Origin: Octopus vulgaris
Lineage: Eukaryota
Length of the DNA stretch: 64,000 nt
NCBI GenBank assembly: GCA_951406725.2
Contig: OX597821.1
Location: forward strand, 29,264,001-29,328,000
Reading direction: 5' to 3'
This document shows, piece after piece, positions 1-13,923 of this stretch (its first letter is position 1; each line of letters begins with the position of its first letter). Below the pieces are notes generated by a model that was not told where the DNA came from, searched no databases, and was given only the letters and a program-made list of their open reading frames with translations. The position numbers and the translations under genes were made by a program.

Positions 1-170
1 TTCAAATTTTGGCACTATGCCAGCAATTTTGTGTGTGGGAGTAAGTTGATTATATTAACCATAGTGCTCAACTGGTACTTAGTTTATCGATCAGGAAAGG
101 ATGAAAAGTAAAGTCGAGCTTGGCGGAATTTGAACACAGAATGTAAAGACAAACGAAATTGCTGAAACAA
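1..170 (-). mobile_element. SINE family A, degenerate copy (cut by window edge)
   Basis: Reverse complement matches the family A copy at 16796-17035 (ctggtactta..gaaaggatgaaaagtaaagtcgagcttggcggaatttgaacacagaatgtaaag). Confidence 0.8.
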
Positions 171-194
171 TTCTGAGAGTTCAAGCAACGTCAT

Positions 195-420
195 TAACCA
201 CTTAATTTGCTAGAAGTGATAGCTGAATCTTCCTTAAAATAGATCCTCAACTATCTTACAAATTAAAGGAGAATATAAAATGGTTAATATAATATTTGAA
301 ATTAATGGTAATAGGAAAGAAAGGAAAAATGAAAAAAATAAGATAGATGGATGGCCATGGTTAGAAAGTCTTTGATAATGAGTCTGTCTGATAATGGTTC
401 TGACCTTGGGGCTAAACAAC
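195..420 (+). repeat. Old interspersed repeat family I (ends gacctNggggctaaacaac); further decayed copies near 1575-1720(-), 6830-7010, 18250-18690, 32130-32280(-), 46780-46970(-), 49210-49400, 63155-63360, 63420-63620(-)
   Basis: Recurring motifs gctagaaatagcagc.aaatct, ataatgtagtcct, gatggtcatggctggaatgcctttgatc and gggctaaacaacaac at many loci. Confidence 0.65.
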
Positions 421-1141
421 AATTAAAATTCTCGCTATCACTATCGTCAACATTTTGATCAATTTATCACAATCACCATCAGTTACAGCATCTCTACAGT
501 TGCTATATCATTATCAACATAATCATTACCAGCAATGTCATAAAAATCTTGATCAATTTTACTACAATTACTATGATTACAACAATTGCCACCACCACTA
601 CCATGACTAACACATGTACTACTACCATCACCACCACTATCAGTACAGCAATACTCATCATCAGTATAACTACTACTACCAAAACCACCATGATTACTAC
701 CACTACCTCCATCATTAACTACCATCACCACCACAACCACCACTACTACTAATATCATTTCTACCAACATCATTACCGATTTAAAAGCAGCAGCAACAGT
801 TTCTTTAGGTGTGGTGATAGGGTATGGGTGAGTGTGAGTGCAAGTGGTGGGTGAGATTACAAAAGTAATATCACTGACACCATATGCAACAACAACAAAA
901 AAAAACACTCTAAAACTAGCCACAATAAATATCTCTAGAAGCATTACCAAAAATTTCAACACCACCTCTTACTACTACCATTACCCGACAGCCATTAATG
1001 CCCACCACCTCAAACCAACCAGTCACCCAACCAATACTGGTGAAAACTTCTCTACTTAATATATATTTGCACAGACTTGGAGGAGAAAGGATTGGATTTC
1101 TGCCAAAGAATAATAAAATAATATAAATAAATAAATAAATA

Positions 1142-1208
<67 letters not shown>

Positions 1209-2119
1209 AGTAGAATTTTTATATGGTGACCAAGCAAATATTCTGAATACAGACTAAAGTGATGTTTGACATCCAAAAGTAGACAAAAACTAATATGATG
1301 TGATAGGGGAAGGGGGCGAAACAAGAGGGGGTGGGTATATGAGATGGGGAGAGAGAGAAACTGAAAGAGAGAGAGAGTGGCAGTAGGAATGGAAGGGAGA
1401 GCAAGTAGGGCAGGAGATAGAGAGAGAAAAGCCTAAAGTGTGATAGGAAAGGACAAAAACAGTAACAAAAACAAATTACGCCTAAGACAAAAGGCTATTC
1501 AAAAAGTACACACATAGAGATCCAGATGCACACACTTAAGTATTGTTATGATATGTAAATATAATTGTTGTGGATTGCTGTTGTTGTTTTTAGCCCCAGG
1601 TCAACCGAATCCAACAGACATATAAGAAAACATTTGAGTCATGGTCATCTAGGTTGCCACCCCACCACCACTGCCACCTATCACACCAACACTAAATAGA
1701 TTTGACTATTATATTGAGCAAATCCAGTAACCATGAAGAGAATCACAAATCCTTTTATCAGATCTTCAAGCAACTCTGCCAATTTAGCACTTATATCAGA
1801 ATTACATGTAAGGTGAACTGACCCAATAGATCACTTGGGAATACCAGCAGTGTGGTACCTGGTCATTTTATCATCATCATTTGTTCCATCTTCCATGCAG
1901 AAAGAGCTAGACAGTTCAGCAAGATCCAACGAGTTACAGGTGTGCATTGTACTATAGTTGGCTGTCCTTCCAAATGACAACCTGTTTAGAGAGTATACAA
2001 ATAGTTAGTCAGCAGAAACAGTATTCACCCAACTTCGTTTTTACTTGCAGTACCCATGTCCCTTGCAAGCACTCCAAGACCAGTGAATTTAATCCTTTTG
2101 ATGCTACCATATTTCTGTT

Positions 2120-2523
2120 GGGATCTTTTTGGTTTAAATGGCAGTTTTTTCTAGCAGTGTCATATGAAATTGTCACCCATAATTATGACCCTAGTATCGA
2201 TCTATTGCATTTCAATCTGTTTTAGGGTATGGTTAGGGGTGGGGGGAAGGTATCTTTTTTTCTTCACAAATGTAAATAAACCCAATCTGCTTCTTAAACG
2301 AGGGACATATTCATACAGCACATAATGTTTTTTACCTCAATAAACGTCAGTGATTGGTTGAAATTGCAGAAATTGAAGAAAAAAACAAATATCTCACAAA
2401 CTATAGAATTTTCTCAATAAAGCCAAGAGAAAAAGATGTTTTATAAACATATTCTACTAGTATACGAAGTTTAAAATTTTTTAGTTACCTAGAAATTATG
2501 TTAAAAACTGTCATTCAAACCGT
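2120..2523 (+). mobile_element. MITE family E (right TIR truncated)
   Basis: Colinear, highly similar to 32432-32859; starts ggatctttttggtttaaatggcagtttt, ends aaaaactgtcattcaaacc. Confidence 0.9.
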
Positions 2524-4470
2524 TGATATACACTTCGTTTCAATTAGTTTTTAAAATAACAAAGAATTTAGTAAAAATAACTCTCTCATTATTAAGCTGG
2601 TGTCTGTAAAGAGCAAGTTTGTGTCATAGAACCGAGGGTAGGCTCAGGCGGGTTAGTATCAAAAAATTTAATGCTGTTAATATTCTATTTGTACTGTTGT
2701 TGGTCAACACCTGCACGAAAGGCAGGAGTGAACAGAAAGTTCCAAAGATTCATGTTCAGGGAATGGAAGAAAGAACTAGGCATAATTGTTAGTGCAGTAC
2801 AAGTGAAATGGGTGGGTAACTGGGGAAGGGGAGGGGGGCTAAGGAGAGCCAGATTAGCCAACTCCTAAGAACAGAAATTAAAACTACCCATTGCTAGATA
2901 GCATTTGATTTTGTACAGTTTGCATACTTCAAAAGCCAAATCTCACTGGAGTCAGTTGATAAATTAAATGCTAATTGTAATCTTCATTCAACTGTATTAA
3001 TTAATATTGAGATTAGTGTTGGGATCTACAGTACTTTTCATCATCGTTAAATTGATTTAGATCTAAAGGAAAAAAAAACAATTCTTGTATTATTATTATT
3101 ATGCAAATCTAAGCATCTGTTCTGGCATCAAGAAAGTAAGTGTCAGCCTAGAACTTGGGGGGGGGGGGGGGTCAGTGGTATCAACTAATCTCTCTTCCTC
3201 TCAAATTTGCTGGCCTTGTGTCCAAATCAGAAACCGACGTGATACTGAAGTAAGAAATAATTATTATTAACAGCTTACAATAGTTCAGATGAGATAAATT
3301 TAGTGCTTAATAGTGTATTGGCAATTTCACATGCTTCAAGTGCACATTAATTAAAGGATTAATTAAGCATCAAGCAGGTTGAAATTGAACTGGTTCCAAT
3401 TACTGGTGAAAGTCAATTCACCTCTCATGTGCATCTGATGTGCAAAATAAATAAATGAATAAAAAGTGGCAGACCCCTTTCTCTGCCAATTTATGATCAA
3501 ATTCTTTAGAAACAAGGGATGCCAACGAAGGAGAACAGAAGAGAGTGGTTTCTGTGTGGTCAGTGAAACAAATAACATCCAAATCTCTCTTAAATCACCC
3601 TCTATTGTCTCAATAAGGAAACAGATTAATAATAATGATAATGTGATCACGATTGCCATAATGCGTCTAAGACTATCATTATAGTCTTAGATGAATTATG
3701 ATTAATAACAAAAGACATGACTGTAAGTCCATTGATCATATGCCTGCTAGATAAAGGCTTAGCTGGAGTCAAACAACAACTGTGACACAGAAAGGAAAAG
3801 TAAATGATAGATAACAATAAACTACATCATCATCATCATCATCATCATGGCCTCAATTTACTATTTTCATAAATAATAACTACTTACTACACACATTACT
3901 TTCGAATGTTTATCCAGTATAACACTAGTAGCAGCAGTGTACAACTAAAGTTTTTAGGAAACAAGGAGATAGACAATCAAATGACTTTTTCGGGAACATA
4001 GTGCAATGCTAGTGATGAAATATGATTCCTTAAAACTTCAGCAAGTAGACTAGTGCCCTCTCAAAACTGTCACATTTAGATAAAACATTGATGCAGATAT
4101 TGTAAGGGAAATCTTGTATAAAATTGTCTCATGTCACATAATGTTATTCAGAGTAAGTTTTCCAAATTCTTGTACCAATGTGTCTATTTCTAGATTTGAA
4201 TGTCTGAGAATTGTCTGGGTAGACATCCTACCGCCCACGTCTTTATTCTCAATTGTTTTTTTGTAATTGTCTTCTGTACAAGTCCTGAACAATGTGTTGC
4301 TATGTTTGTAAGTTCATTCAGTATATATATATATACGCTATATGTATATAAATATACACTAGTGTATATGTAGTTGTGCTTGACTGCATAAATATAATAT
4401 AAAGATAGATAACTGTTCTAAATATTAATTCTTTTTCAGTTCTCTCATCTTCACAGCCTCTGCATTTAAG

Positions 4471-4473
<3 letters not shown>

Positions 4474-4513
<40 letters not shown>

Positions 4514-4537
4514 CACACATACATATACCTGTATATA

Positions 4538-4583
<46 letters not shown>

Positions 4584-4700
4584 TGCATACAAGAGTGTAT
4601 GTGTATGTATATATGTGTGTGTACATATATACTCATATATATATATATATATGAGTATATATATGTACACACACACACACACACAAGCATACACAAACAC
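4474..4700. repeat. Compound (TG)n/(TA)n/(CA)n microsatellite
   Basis: Directly visible dinucleotide runs. Confidence 0.95.
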
Positions 4701-5968
4701 AATTCTTTATCTCAACTCTTCTAACTCCTAATCTTCTCAGCTCTCTGTGCACTTCCTTTTCTCTTCATCACAGTGTCTTGGTTGTGACCTCTTCTAACCA
4801 TCCGCACTACCTCCTCACCTTCCGATTTCCTTACATTCTCCAACCCTATTCACACCCATCCCTCCAACACACTCCTTGATTTCTTCTCTCTCAAAGGGCC
4901 ACCCTGATCACAAATACTAGAATTCACTTCTCCTCACACTGCACACAAACTTATTTGATTTTGTGAACTTTGTATTCTAAAATAAAACTCAGTGATTTTA
5001 ATTGAATTTTATAAAGTAAGTCAGACATAAAACAGAGTTTGCTTAGTCAAAGAGGAAACATTACTAGTTGAGTAAGTTTATTACATTGTTTAAACACGTG
5101 TCAATGGTTAGATGCTTTAGAATTTGTCTGATCTTGTTTGTACAAATTCTTATTAGCCATTTCGAATTTTTGAAGAATGTGTTATCGGAATAATGAATGT
5201 GTTATCTAAATAATGTGTTTGACTATTGCTCTCAGATAAAAACAAACACAAAAGAAGAAAAAAAACAAACAAACAAAATACATTTCTAGTATAATGGATT
5301 TTCTTATGCTATGCTTTATCAAAAAATTACTTTCTTATTTCTTCGCTTTCATATAGGTAATTACGCTGTATGATAAGCTCTTAGCCTGTATTAAAACATT
5401 GTCTTTTCAATATGTACATTACTAAAGACATAGGATATTTGTCAATTGTTAATTTTCCTTTCACATAAAAATAATAATAATAATAATAATAATGATAATA
5501 ATAATAATAATAATAATGAATAAATAAGTAAATAAATAAAGAGACAGTATTAAAATTGAATACCAGTCTTTAGCATTTAATATTTTACACAAAACACATG
5601 CATTCACTCAGACCTGTGATTTAAGACATTTCAGTCATGGCCATAGTATATCTGAGAGTACATTGACCAATGTTTCCTATAGATGGAGTTTGTAGGCCCT
5701 AGTTTGTAGGCCATTGATACTGTGAAGACAATGCAACCTTTTTCTCTATGAATTGCTCAGTTAACTTTATCACTTCAGCTTTTTGCCACCGCATGCATAC
5801 TAGTAGCCATATTTTTCTTTCCTGACCTTACAAAGCAGTCGAGCTCCTATTCCACACATACACAACAATCAGTAAAACATTGATCTACTGAATTGATAGA
5901 GTGCCAGGCTAAACATTACTTGGTAGTTATTTTAGTTATGCCTGTTTTTTGTTCCGAGTTCAAGTACT

Positions 5969-6432
5969 TTTAGTGGAGTTAAAGCCCACTAATTTTGATC
6001 AAATATCCGGTAATCCTTCGATAGCTGTAAGAGTTAATCCAATGAAAGACAACAACAATTTGTGTGAGTTTTTGAGGCCTTCGTGAACATGGTACATTTA
6101 TTGCGACCTGGGAGGAGAGCACTCGTATGCAGCTTGAACATGTAACATTTTTACAGAACAGAAGTTGAACAAAAAGGATTTTTGTCTTGCCGCCTTCCAT
6201 GACTGGTATAGAGGATTTCGCTCAATTCAAATTGGCGCGGGTAGTCTAGTAGCAGAGAGTGGGACGAAGCAGTTAGCAGCAAGCTGCCTGTGAGGCAAAG
6301 GAGGCTGCTCCCTTTCTCTTCGCCTTTTTATCCCCTTTTCACAAGCACCACCTCGTTGTTAACGATGTGACCAGAGGAGATAACTCCAGATGACCCCAAG
6401 GTCGGGCATGGATTTAACTAGAGTTGCCTACA
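5969..6432 (-). mobile_element. Candidate solo LTR (~464 bp) inserted in a family A SINE
   Basis: Splits a family A copy (left gttccgagttcaag, right gaggtttgaattt..catcct); 4-bp direct repeat tact at 5965-5968 and 6433-6436; minus strand starts TGTAG, has ATAAAAA (6325-6331) then AATAAA (6097-6102) and ends CTAAA (CTACA expected). Confidence 0.55.
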
Positions 6433-7424
6433 TACTGGTTGAGGTTTGAATTTATTTGACATCCTCTTATGGCTGGTTAAATAGTATCAGTCAACCCTTA
6501 AGGTTGATTTAATCAATTGCCCATTTCCTCCTCAACAAGTTGCGGCTTATGGTAAAAACAAATAAAAAGAAAGATATCCTTAAATTTGGATGACCACATA
6601 CCACAAGATGGTACTACCCTTGATTCCTAAAATGATTTCATGCATGCTACCATTGGTCTTGGCCCAAAATTAAACCTTACAAGGGTGAATCTCTCATAAA
6701 TCATTTTGGGCCCTTATTACAATAACCTCCCTTCTGCAACTGACAGCTCTGAGGACTTCTTCTTTACTACCATTCATCTTACACCAAAAGCATAATGAGA
6801 GAACATGTTGCCTCTGTATGGTCCCTCAAACTGCAAGAAATAACAGCTGAATCTCTCTCAAATCATATCTTTAGCATCTTAAAAAGAGACTCATTAGATA
6901 ATGTAGTCCTGTATTCCAGGCAAAATAGTAAAAGATAGGACAGTCAGGGCTCAAATGTCTTTCAATATATCATCTGCTCAATTGCAGTTGGCTAAACTAG
7001 GGATGAACAACAGCAAACATGAATTACTTCACTCTTGACCCACAAGGAGACAATAGGATGTGGGTAATGCTTTACATCAATCAACCTCTTCCCTGTCCAA
7101 CATTTCCAATTCCAAAATAAATACAAAATTTCAGAGAAAGAAATAATGCTAATGATAATGATTCTGACGATAAAAGACAAACCCAACCTTCTGGGACCTT
7201 CAAAAAGAGAAATAACCATTAATAGGACAATAAACAAAGGGTAATTCACTTTCCCCTTGCTGCCTCTGTCCAATATGGTATAAGGAAGAAAACAATTAAT
7301 TCAAGGATCAAAGGAATTAATAAAATTTCCTCCCCCTCCTCCTCCTCCTCCTCCTCCTCCTCCTACTACTACTACTAATAATAATAATAACAATAATAAC
7401 AGCAATGATGATGATAATAGCAAT

Positions 7425-8260
7425 GGCTTCAAATTTTGACACAGAGCCAGCAGTTTTTGAGGAGAGGGAGAAGTTGATTACATTGACCCCAATACTGAAC
7501 TGGTACTTGTTTTAGTGATTGTGAAAGATGGAAAGCGAAGCCCACCACAGTGGAATTTGAACTTAGAATGTAAAGATGAATGAAATGCCACCAAACATTT
7601 TCTTTGGCATGCTAATTTTTTTCGTCTGCACATCACCTTAAATAATAATGATGATGATTTCAAATTTTAGCAGAAGGCCCAGCAATTCGGTGGGTGGGGG
7701 GGTAAACCAACTACATCAACACCGACGCTCAACCAATGCTTATTTTAACAACAATAAAATGATGAAAAGCAAAGTCGACCTCAGCATAATTTGAACCCAG
7801 AATGTGAAGATGGATGAAATGCATTTTGTCTCACATGCTAATGATGCTGCCAGTATGCCATCTTCAATGATAATGATGCCGACGGTGGCGGCGGCGACGA
7901 CGATGACAACAACAACAACAATAATAATGATTCTTTCCAATTTAAACACAAGGCCAGCAATTTTGAGGGAAGGAGTTAAGTTAATTGCATAAATCACAAA
8001 AGGATAGAAAGCAAAGTCTACCTCAATGAGATTTGAACTCAGAATGTAAAAGAATAAAAAAAAAGAGTGTCACTGATATTTTTTCTGATATGCTAATGAT
8101 TCAGTCATCCCTCACACTGCTTCCTCCAAAGGGATGAATGGCAAACCTGACCTCAGCAGGATTTGAACTCAGAATGTAAAGAGTTGGAACAGAACAAATA
8201 TCACGAACAAAATTTTTATGATGCTCCATTGATTCTGACAGCTCACTGTCCTAATAACAA
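7425..8260 (-). mobile_element. Stack of 4-5 family A SINE copies or fragments, head to tail
   Basis: Repeated ttcaaatttt..ccagcaattt..aaagtcgacctc..atttgaactcagaatgtaaag units separated by (AAT)/(GAT)/(AAC) tracts. Confidence 0.8.
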
Positions 8261-8989
8261 TAATATAAAAACAATGATGATGATGATGATGATGATTTCT
8301 TTTATTGGTCACAACAAGGAGCCAAAACATAGGAGGCAGAAAAAAGGGTAAAAATATAACAAAGTGAGGGTGGGGTGGGGTGGAGGAATCTTTATCAAAC
8401 AAAAGGGTAAAAACAAATAACAACAGTAAAGAAATAACCAGGAAATAATAACAGAATATAATAAGCAGGAAACTGCAAAGTGAAAGTGGGGAGTGCAGTG
8501 TGGGCGTGGCTGTAGTCTGTCTGTTGGTCTGTTTGAAATGGTATAACACACTGACATAACCACCACCACCACCACCACCACCGCCACTTACATCATCACA
8601 CAAAGCCAAAAAGTAAACAATGAAGGGATAACAGACATTTGAGGAAACTGGAGGATAATAGAAGCAGACGAAGAGAAAGATGATGTGTAAAGTGATCACA
8701 TTAGTTCTGAATGGGAGTGTGGGAAATCATTTCCAAACACACCAAACAAAAGAAAATATAAATAAATAAAAGATTCACATTTGAAAGGGGGTGGGGGCAG
8801 TGGTTCTTTGCAAATGCTATATACTGGAGATAGAGGTGGAGATCAGAGAAAGAACTTACTGTTTACTGTGTCTCCCTCTTTCCCTAGTCTCTCTAAGTTA
8901 CCCCCCCCCCCCAACTCTCTCTCTCTCTTCCTCTCTGTCACATTCATTCTGTCTAATTAGTGTTTGTTTCTTCTCGCTCAGTATCTTTT

Positions 8990-9382
8990 ATATCTTTACC
9001 TGCTTCGGGTCATTTGACTGTGGATATGCTGGGACAGCACCTTGAAGGGTTTTATTCAAACAAATTGACTTCAGTGCTAATTTTTTTAATAAGCCTGGCC
9101 CTTATTTTGTCAGTATCCTATAACCAAACTGTTAGGTTATGTGAAAGTAAACAAAAACTAAAACTGGTTGTTAAGCAGTGCTGGAGGCAACACACACACA
9201 CACACACAGATATATAGATATGGATAATGGACGGGTTTCAGTTTCTGTGTATCAAATCAACTCACAAGGTATTGGTTAACCTGAGCTATTGTAGAAGATA
9301 TCTGCTCGAGGTGACATGCTGAGGAAGTGAGCTCAGAGTCATGCAGTTGGGAACTAACTTCTTACCACACAGCCACACCTGT
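8990..9382 (-). mobile_element. SINE family B, old full-length copy
   Basis: Reverse complement of both the 3' part (atttgactgtgg..atgctg..gcacc) and the head (cttaccacacagccac) of 9482-9897. Confidence 0.75.
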
Positions 9383-9481
9383 ACATAAATATAAAGTGCA
9401 GAACCACACATAAATAATGCAGTAGTATGTAAAACTTCAATCAGCTAAGATTATAGTTGTGTTTAAAAAAAAAATACTAAT

Positions 9482-9897
9482 GCGCAGGAGTGGCTGTGTG
9501 GTAAGTAGCTTGCTAACCAACCACATGGTTCAGGGTTCAGTCCCACTGAGTGGCATCTTAGGCAAGTGTCTTCTGCTATAGCCCCGGGCCGACCAATGCC
9601 TTGTGAGTGGATTTGGTAGATGGAAACTGAAAGAAGCCTGTCGTGTATATATATATATAAAAATATATGTATGTGTGTTTGTGTGTCTGTGTTTGTCGCC
9701 CTAGCATTGCTTGACAACCGATGCTGGTGTGTTTACATCCCCGTCACTTAGCGGTTCGGCAAAAAGAGACCGATAGAATAAGTACTGGGCTTACAAACAA
9801 TAAGTCCTGGGGTCGATTTGCTCGACTAACGGCGGTGCTCCAGCATGGCCGCAGTCAAATGACTGAAACAAGTAAAAGAAATAAAGAAAAAGAAAAA
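9482..9897 (+). mobile_element. SINE family B, young full-length copy (tRNA-like head, CORE-like segment, internal TA/TG microsatellite, A-rich tail)
   Basis: Pol III A box tggctgtgtggt and B box gggttcagtccc; ggcatcttaggcaagtgtctt resembles the SINE CORE domain; near-identical to 18928-19325. Confidence 0.9.
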
Positions 9898-10257
9898 GGC
9901 CTAAAAATTTCAAAAGAACAAGGAAAGTGAACAAATCTGACAATAACCCCTAATCCAGACTTATGTGAAATAAACTTAAGCAGGAATCCTGTCTCAAATA
10001 TATATGACAGAAATACATAGCATGTGTCTGTGACTGTCCTCTAATCCCCAGACGGAAACCTTATCCTTTTAGTTAAAGGTATATCACATTTGGAAACTTT
10101 ATTCTGAAGGTTATCTCCTCTTCTCATATGGAGCTGGTCTCTACTGCCATTCAAGAGTTGTGACACAATCACTGCAGGTGAAAATAATTTTAATAAACCA
10201 AGAATTTTTGTAGCATGGTATCTGATATATCTGTATTTGTCTATGTTGTTCTGCTTC

Positions 10258-10298
<41 letters not shown>

Positions 10299-10507
10299 CA
10301 CACACGCACATATATACACTGGAGCTTAAGAATAACATATATATACTATGTATTTCTTATATCGCAACATTCAAATGTTTTCACACTATTGCCTTCTTCA
10401 AAACAAATGTTTTCAAACAAATAGTTGTAGAATTAGCTATATAACACATGTTTTATATATTCTGTATTATGTTGCATTTAATCTCTCAATCTCCCAAGAT
10501 ATATATA

Positions 10508-10549
<42 letters not shown>

Positions 10550-11752
10550 TTGTACACACATACTCAGAAATGACATATAAATATATATCAGAGATATTCA
10601 CATATATGTACACAGGCATATACACACACATATACATTACATATTTATATACACAGAACTTATGCACACACAGCCATGCAACAGTTTTCAATGAAAATGA
10701 AATAGACAAGAATGACAACTGATCAGTGTTCAAATCCTGCCTGGTGTATTGTCTTATCCAATGGTAGCAATATGAATATACTTTTGTCATTTCAATTGAT
10801 AATTTTTTTCATATTTTTAATTTTTTTTTTTTGTTTTTTTTAATGCTAACAAAATTATCTGGCTGTGTGCCAAGTGAAAAGGAAATTATTAATAGTGATA
10901 TGATCTCTTGATAAAAATAGTTCTTATCATCTTCAGATCTAGAAAGAGATGGCCAAAATTGATAATTCCTTCCAGTAATTGTTTGAATTTCTGTTCAGTG
11001 ATGACTATTATTGTCAGTACTAGTTTGAGGGCAACACAAACGGAATGGAAGAAAGTGATTTGCTGCAGGTGTGCAAGTGCAGTCTTTTGTCTAACTAGAC
11101 TGACTGAGGTCAACTATTCAAGTCATTCACTTTATACATTTGATATATACATGAGAAAGAGAGAGAGACAGAGAGTGAACTAATAAGTAATTACGTACAC
11201 GCATATACATAACAGTTATATAAGAGAGAAAGAGCTTATAAGTGATTGTGTGTGTGTGTATGTATACACACACACACACACATGTAAATAGGTATGTACA
11301 TAGAAATATGTACATACACAAACATACACATATTTTCATACATACATAACCACATCTATATTCCTTATACTAAAAAGCACCAATAAACAAAGGAATACTT
11401 ATATTTATATGTCTTAGATTACACAATTCAATCTACTCAAATACTTTACTTCAGAACATCCATATGTAGACGACCCCTTTCAAAGTGTCTCTCTTTTTTC
11501 TTTTATTCCAAGTATAAATGTCATTCTGTCTTCATAACTGTATACCAAAAAAGCATCAGAGATATTCCACCATGAACACCATACCATTTAATTTCTTCTT
11601 CTGGTATTGGGTGTGTAGATCATACAATGTATGCATAAACAAAAACAACATTTAAATAGGAAGTGAAATGTATGTATATATACTTATAGACACACACACA
11701 TGTATATACACATATACATTTTGATGCTAGGAAGAGTAGCTGGTGTTATTAA

Positions 11753-12196
11753 CCCTTTCGTTACTGTATTTATTTTGAGAATCTCTGTATTTCTTTCAAT
11801 TACTTTAACCCTTTAGTGTTTAAACCGGCCATATCAGGCCAAAATTGTCTTCCTGTTTTATGCTCAAACTAGCCAGCTCTAACCTCTCACACCTACCCTA
11901 CAAAGTCATTCTAAAAATAAACAGGGACATCATCAAAATCTCAGAGTTACAATATGCTGTACAATTAATTTAAAACAATGCAATTAAACAGGCTTTACAT
12001 TTGACAGAGTAATCTGAATGCTAAAGGGTTAAATATAACAAAGAATTTAGTAAAATAACTTAGTTATCATTAAGCTAGTGTTAGGAACATAAATTGTGAC
12101 TAAGGTTTGGTGGAAGATTTTAATTCAAAACTTATGAAAACAAGAAATTTGTACTCAAAGCCAGAGCCGGTTTCAGCCGGGTTGGTAACAAAAGGG
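11753..12196. mobile_element. piggyBac-type MITE (outer), TTAA target duplication
   Basis: ttaa(11749-11752)-ccctttcgttac ... gtaacaaaaggg-ttaa(12197-12200); decayed relatives near 2530-2670, 17890-18060, 23570-23740, 49500-49690. Confidence 0.85.
11809..12028. mobile_element. piggyBac-type MITE (inner, 220 bp) nested in the outer MITE
   Basis: ttaa(11805-11808)-ccctttag ... ctaaaggg-ttaa(12029-12032); second copy at 30609-30828. Confidence 0.9.
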
Positions 12197-13070
12197 TTAA
12201 GGGCATATTGGCTTTAGGAAAGGCATCTAACCATAGAAACCTTGCAAGCAGACACTGGAAACTAATATAACTCTCAGACTGGATATATGCTGGAAAACCA
12301 TCCAAAGAATACCAGCATGGAATACACACATTGAACTGATGATGATGATGATGATAATGAAGAATATGATGATGATGATGATGACGTACACGGAGTTAAT
12401 ATAAAGTCTAAGTGCAACTTTAAATTTGTATAAATTAAATTTGCTTAAGGACTTTATAATGGTACTACATGTTAGAGCATGTGTCTATTCTAAAAAGAAA
12501 TAGAAGAATTCAAGCTGAATTAAATCCAATTATCAACTAAATGTGATAGCTAAATAAATAAGTAAATAAAGTCACTGTTAGACTTTATTGATTGGGTTTA
12601 TAGGGTTAGAGTAGGTAGCTGCAACATTTGTAAAACAAGTTTGTGTGCCAAGAGAGAAGGTTCATTCTAACATATGTTATTAGTAGAAATACAGAATTAC
12701 ATTGACTTGTTGTCTTATTTGCAACATAATATTTCTCTGTACCTTCTCTTCCCCAAGGTAGTGTGAGTGTGTGCGTGTGTATGTGTGTGTGTGTGGTGAG
12801 GTACCTTGTTGCAATATTAGAATTCATCTTTACTCATAGTTCAACATAATATAACCAGTGAGTGCTGCTGTGTATAGCAATGCAGGTAAATGAAAACAGG
12901 TTCATGGGTGTGAATGAATGTATCACTTCACTAGAATTAAGATGGGGGGAGCTTCCATACAGTGACTCGACCTACAACAAAAAAAAACAGTAAAATTTCC
13001 CTCTAACTGCAAGTTACAACCTTAAATAAAGAAACAAATAAATAAATAAACAACAACAACAACGATAATA

Positions 13071-13121
<51 letters not shown>

Positions 13122-13124
<3 letters not shown>

Positions 13125-13252
13125 GTAGTTTCAAATTTTGCCACAAGGGCAGCAATTTTGAGGGAGAGGATGAGTCAATTATACTGACCCTAGTGTTCAA
13201 CTGGTATTTTATCAATGCCAAAAGGGATGAAAGGCAAAGTTGACCTTGTCGA
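13122..13252 (-). mobile_element. SINE family A, 3' part next to an (AAT)n tract
   Basis: ttcaaattttgccacaagggcagcaattttgaggg..gatgaaaggcaaagttgacc. Confidence 0.8.
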
Positions 13253-13399
13253 AATATAATGATGATGATGATGATGATTGCTTGGTCATGTAATTCTTGA
13301 CATTCAAAAACACAGAATTGTCATTGTTAGAGCTGTTTGATCACAGGTTTGCATAAGGGCTAACCTAGGGCTGAACAAACACTAAAACAGTATAGATGT

Positions 13400-13810
13400 A
13401 TGTGTGTATATGTGCATGTCTTTGTGTTTGTCCTCCTCCTCCTCCTCTCCATGGCTTGACACCCAGTGTTGGTTTATTTACATCCCCATGTGCGTGTCTG
13501 TGTTTGTTCTTGACCCCATTGATGTTGGTTTCTCCATGTCCTCTAGTGTGCATGTATATGCATACATATGTGCATGTGTGTGTGTCTTTGTGTTTGTCTG
13601 CCTTCCCAACACTTGACCACCAGTTTTTGTTTGCTTACATCCCTACAACTTAGAGGTTCGGCAAAAAAAAAAAAAAAAAGATTGATAGAATAAATACCAA
13701 AACTTTAAAAAATAAGTATACACACTCAATTTCTTGAACTAAATCCATCAAGGTAAATATCTCAGCATAGCTGCATTTCTTAAACTGAAACAAATGAAAG
13801 ACTAAAAGAT
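13400..13810 (+). mobile_element. Family B 3' half with its internal segment repeated 2-3 times
   Basis: tgtgtttgtc..cttgac..gttggt..ttacatcccc recurs near 13423, 13499 and 13590, followed by ggttcggcaaaa..gatagaataa..actgaaacaa. Confidence 0.65.
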
Positions 13811-13848
13811 GTGCATGTGTGTGTGTGTGTGACTGCAGGGTGGCGGGA

Positions 13849-13923
<75 letters not shown>

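Noticed and set aside
10995-11112. C/D box snoRNA candidate (GTGATGA ... CTGA)
   Set aside because: Terminal stem is weak and I recognise no rRNA/snRNA antisense element; such boxes arise often by chance.
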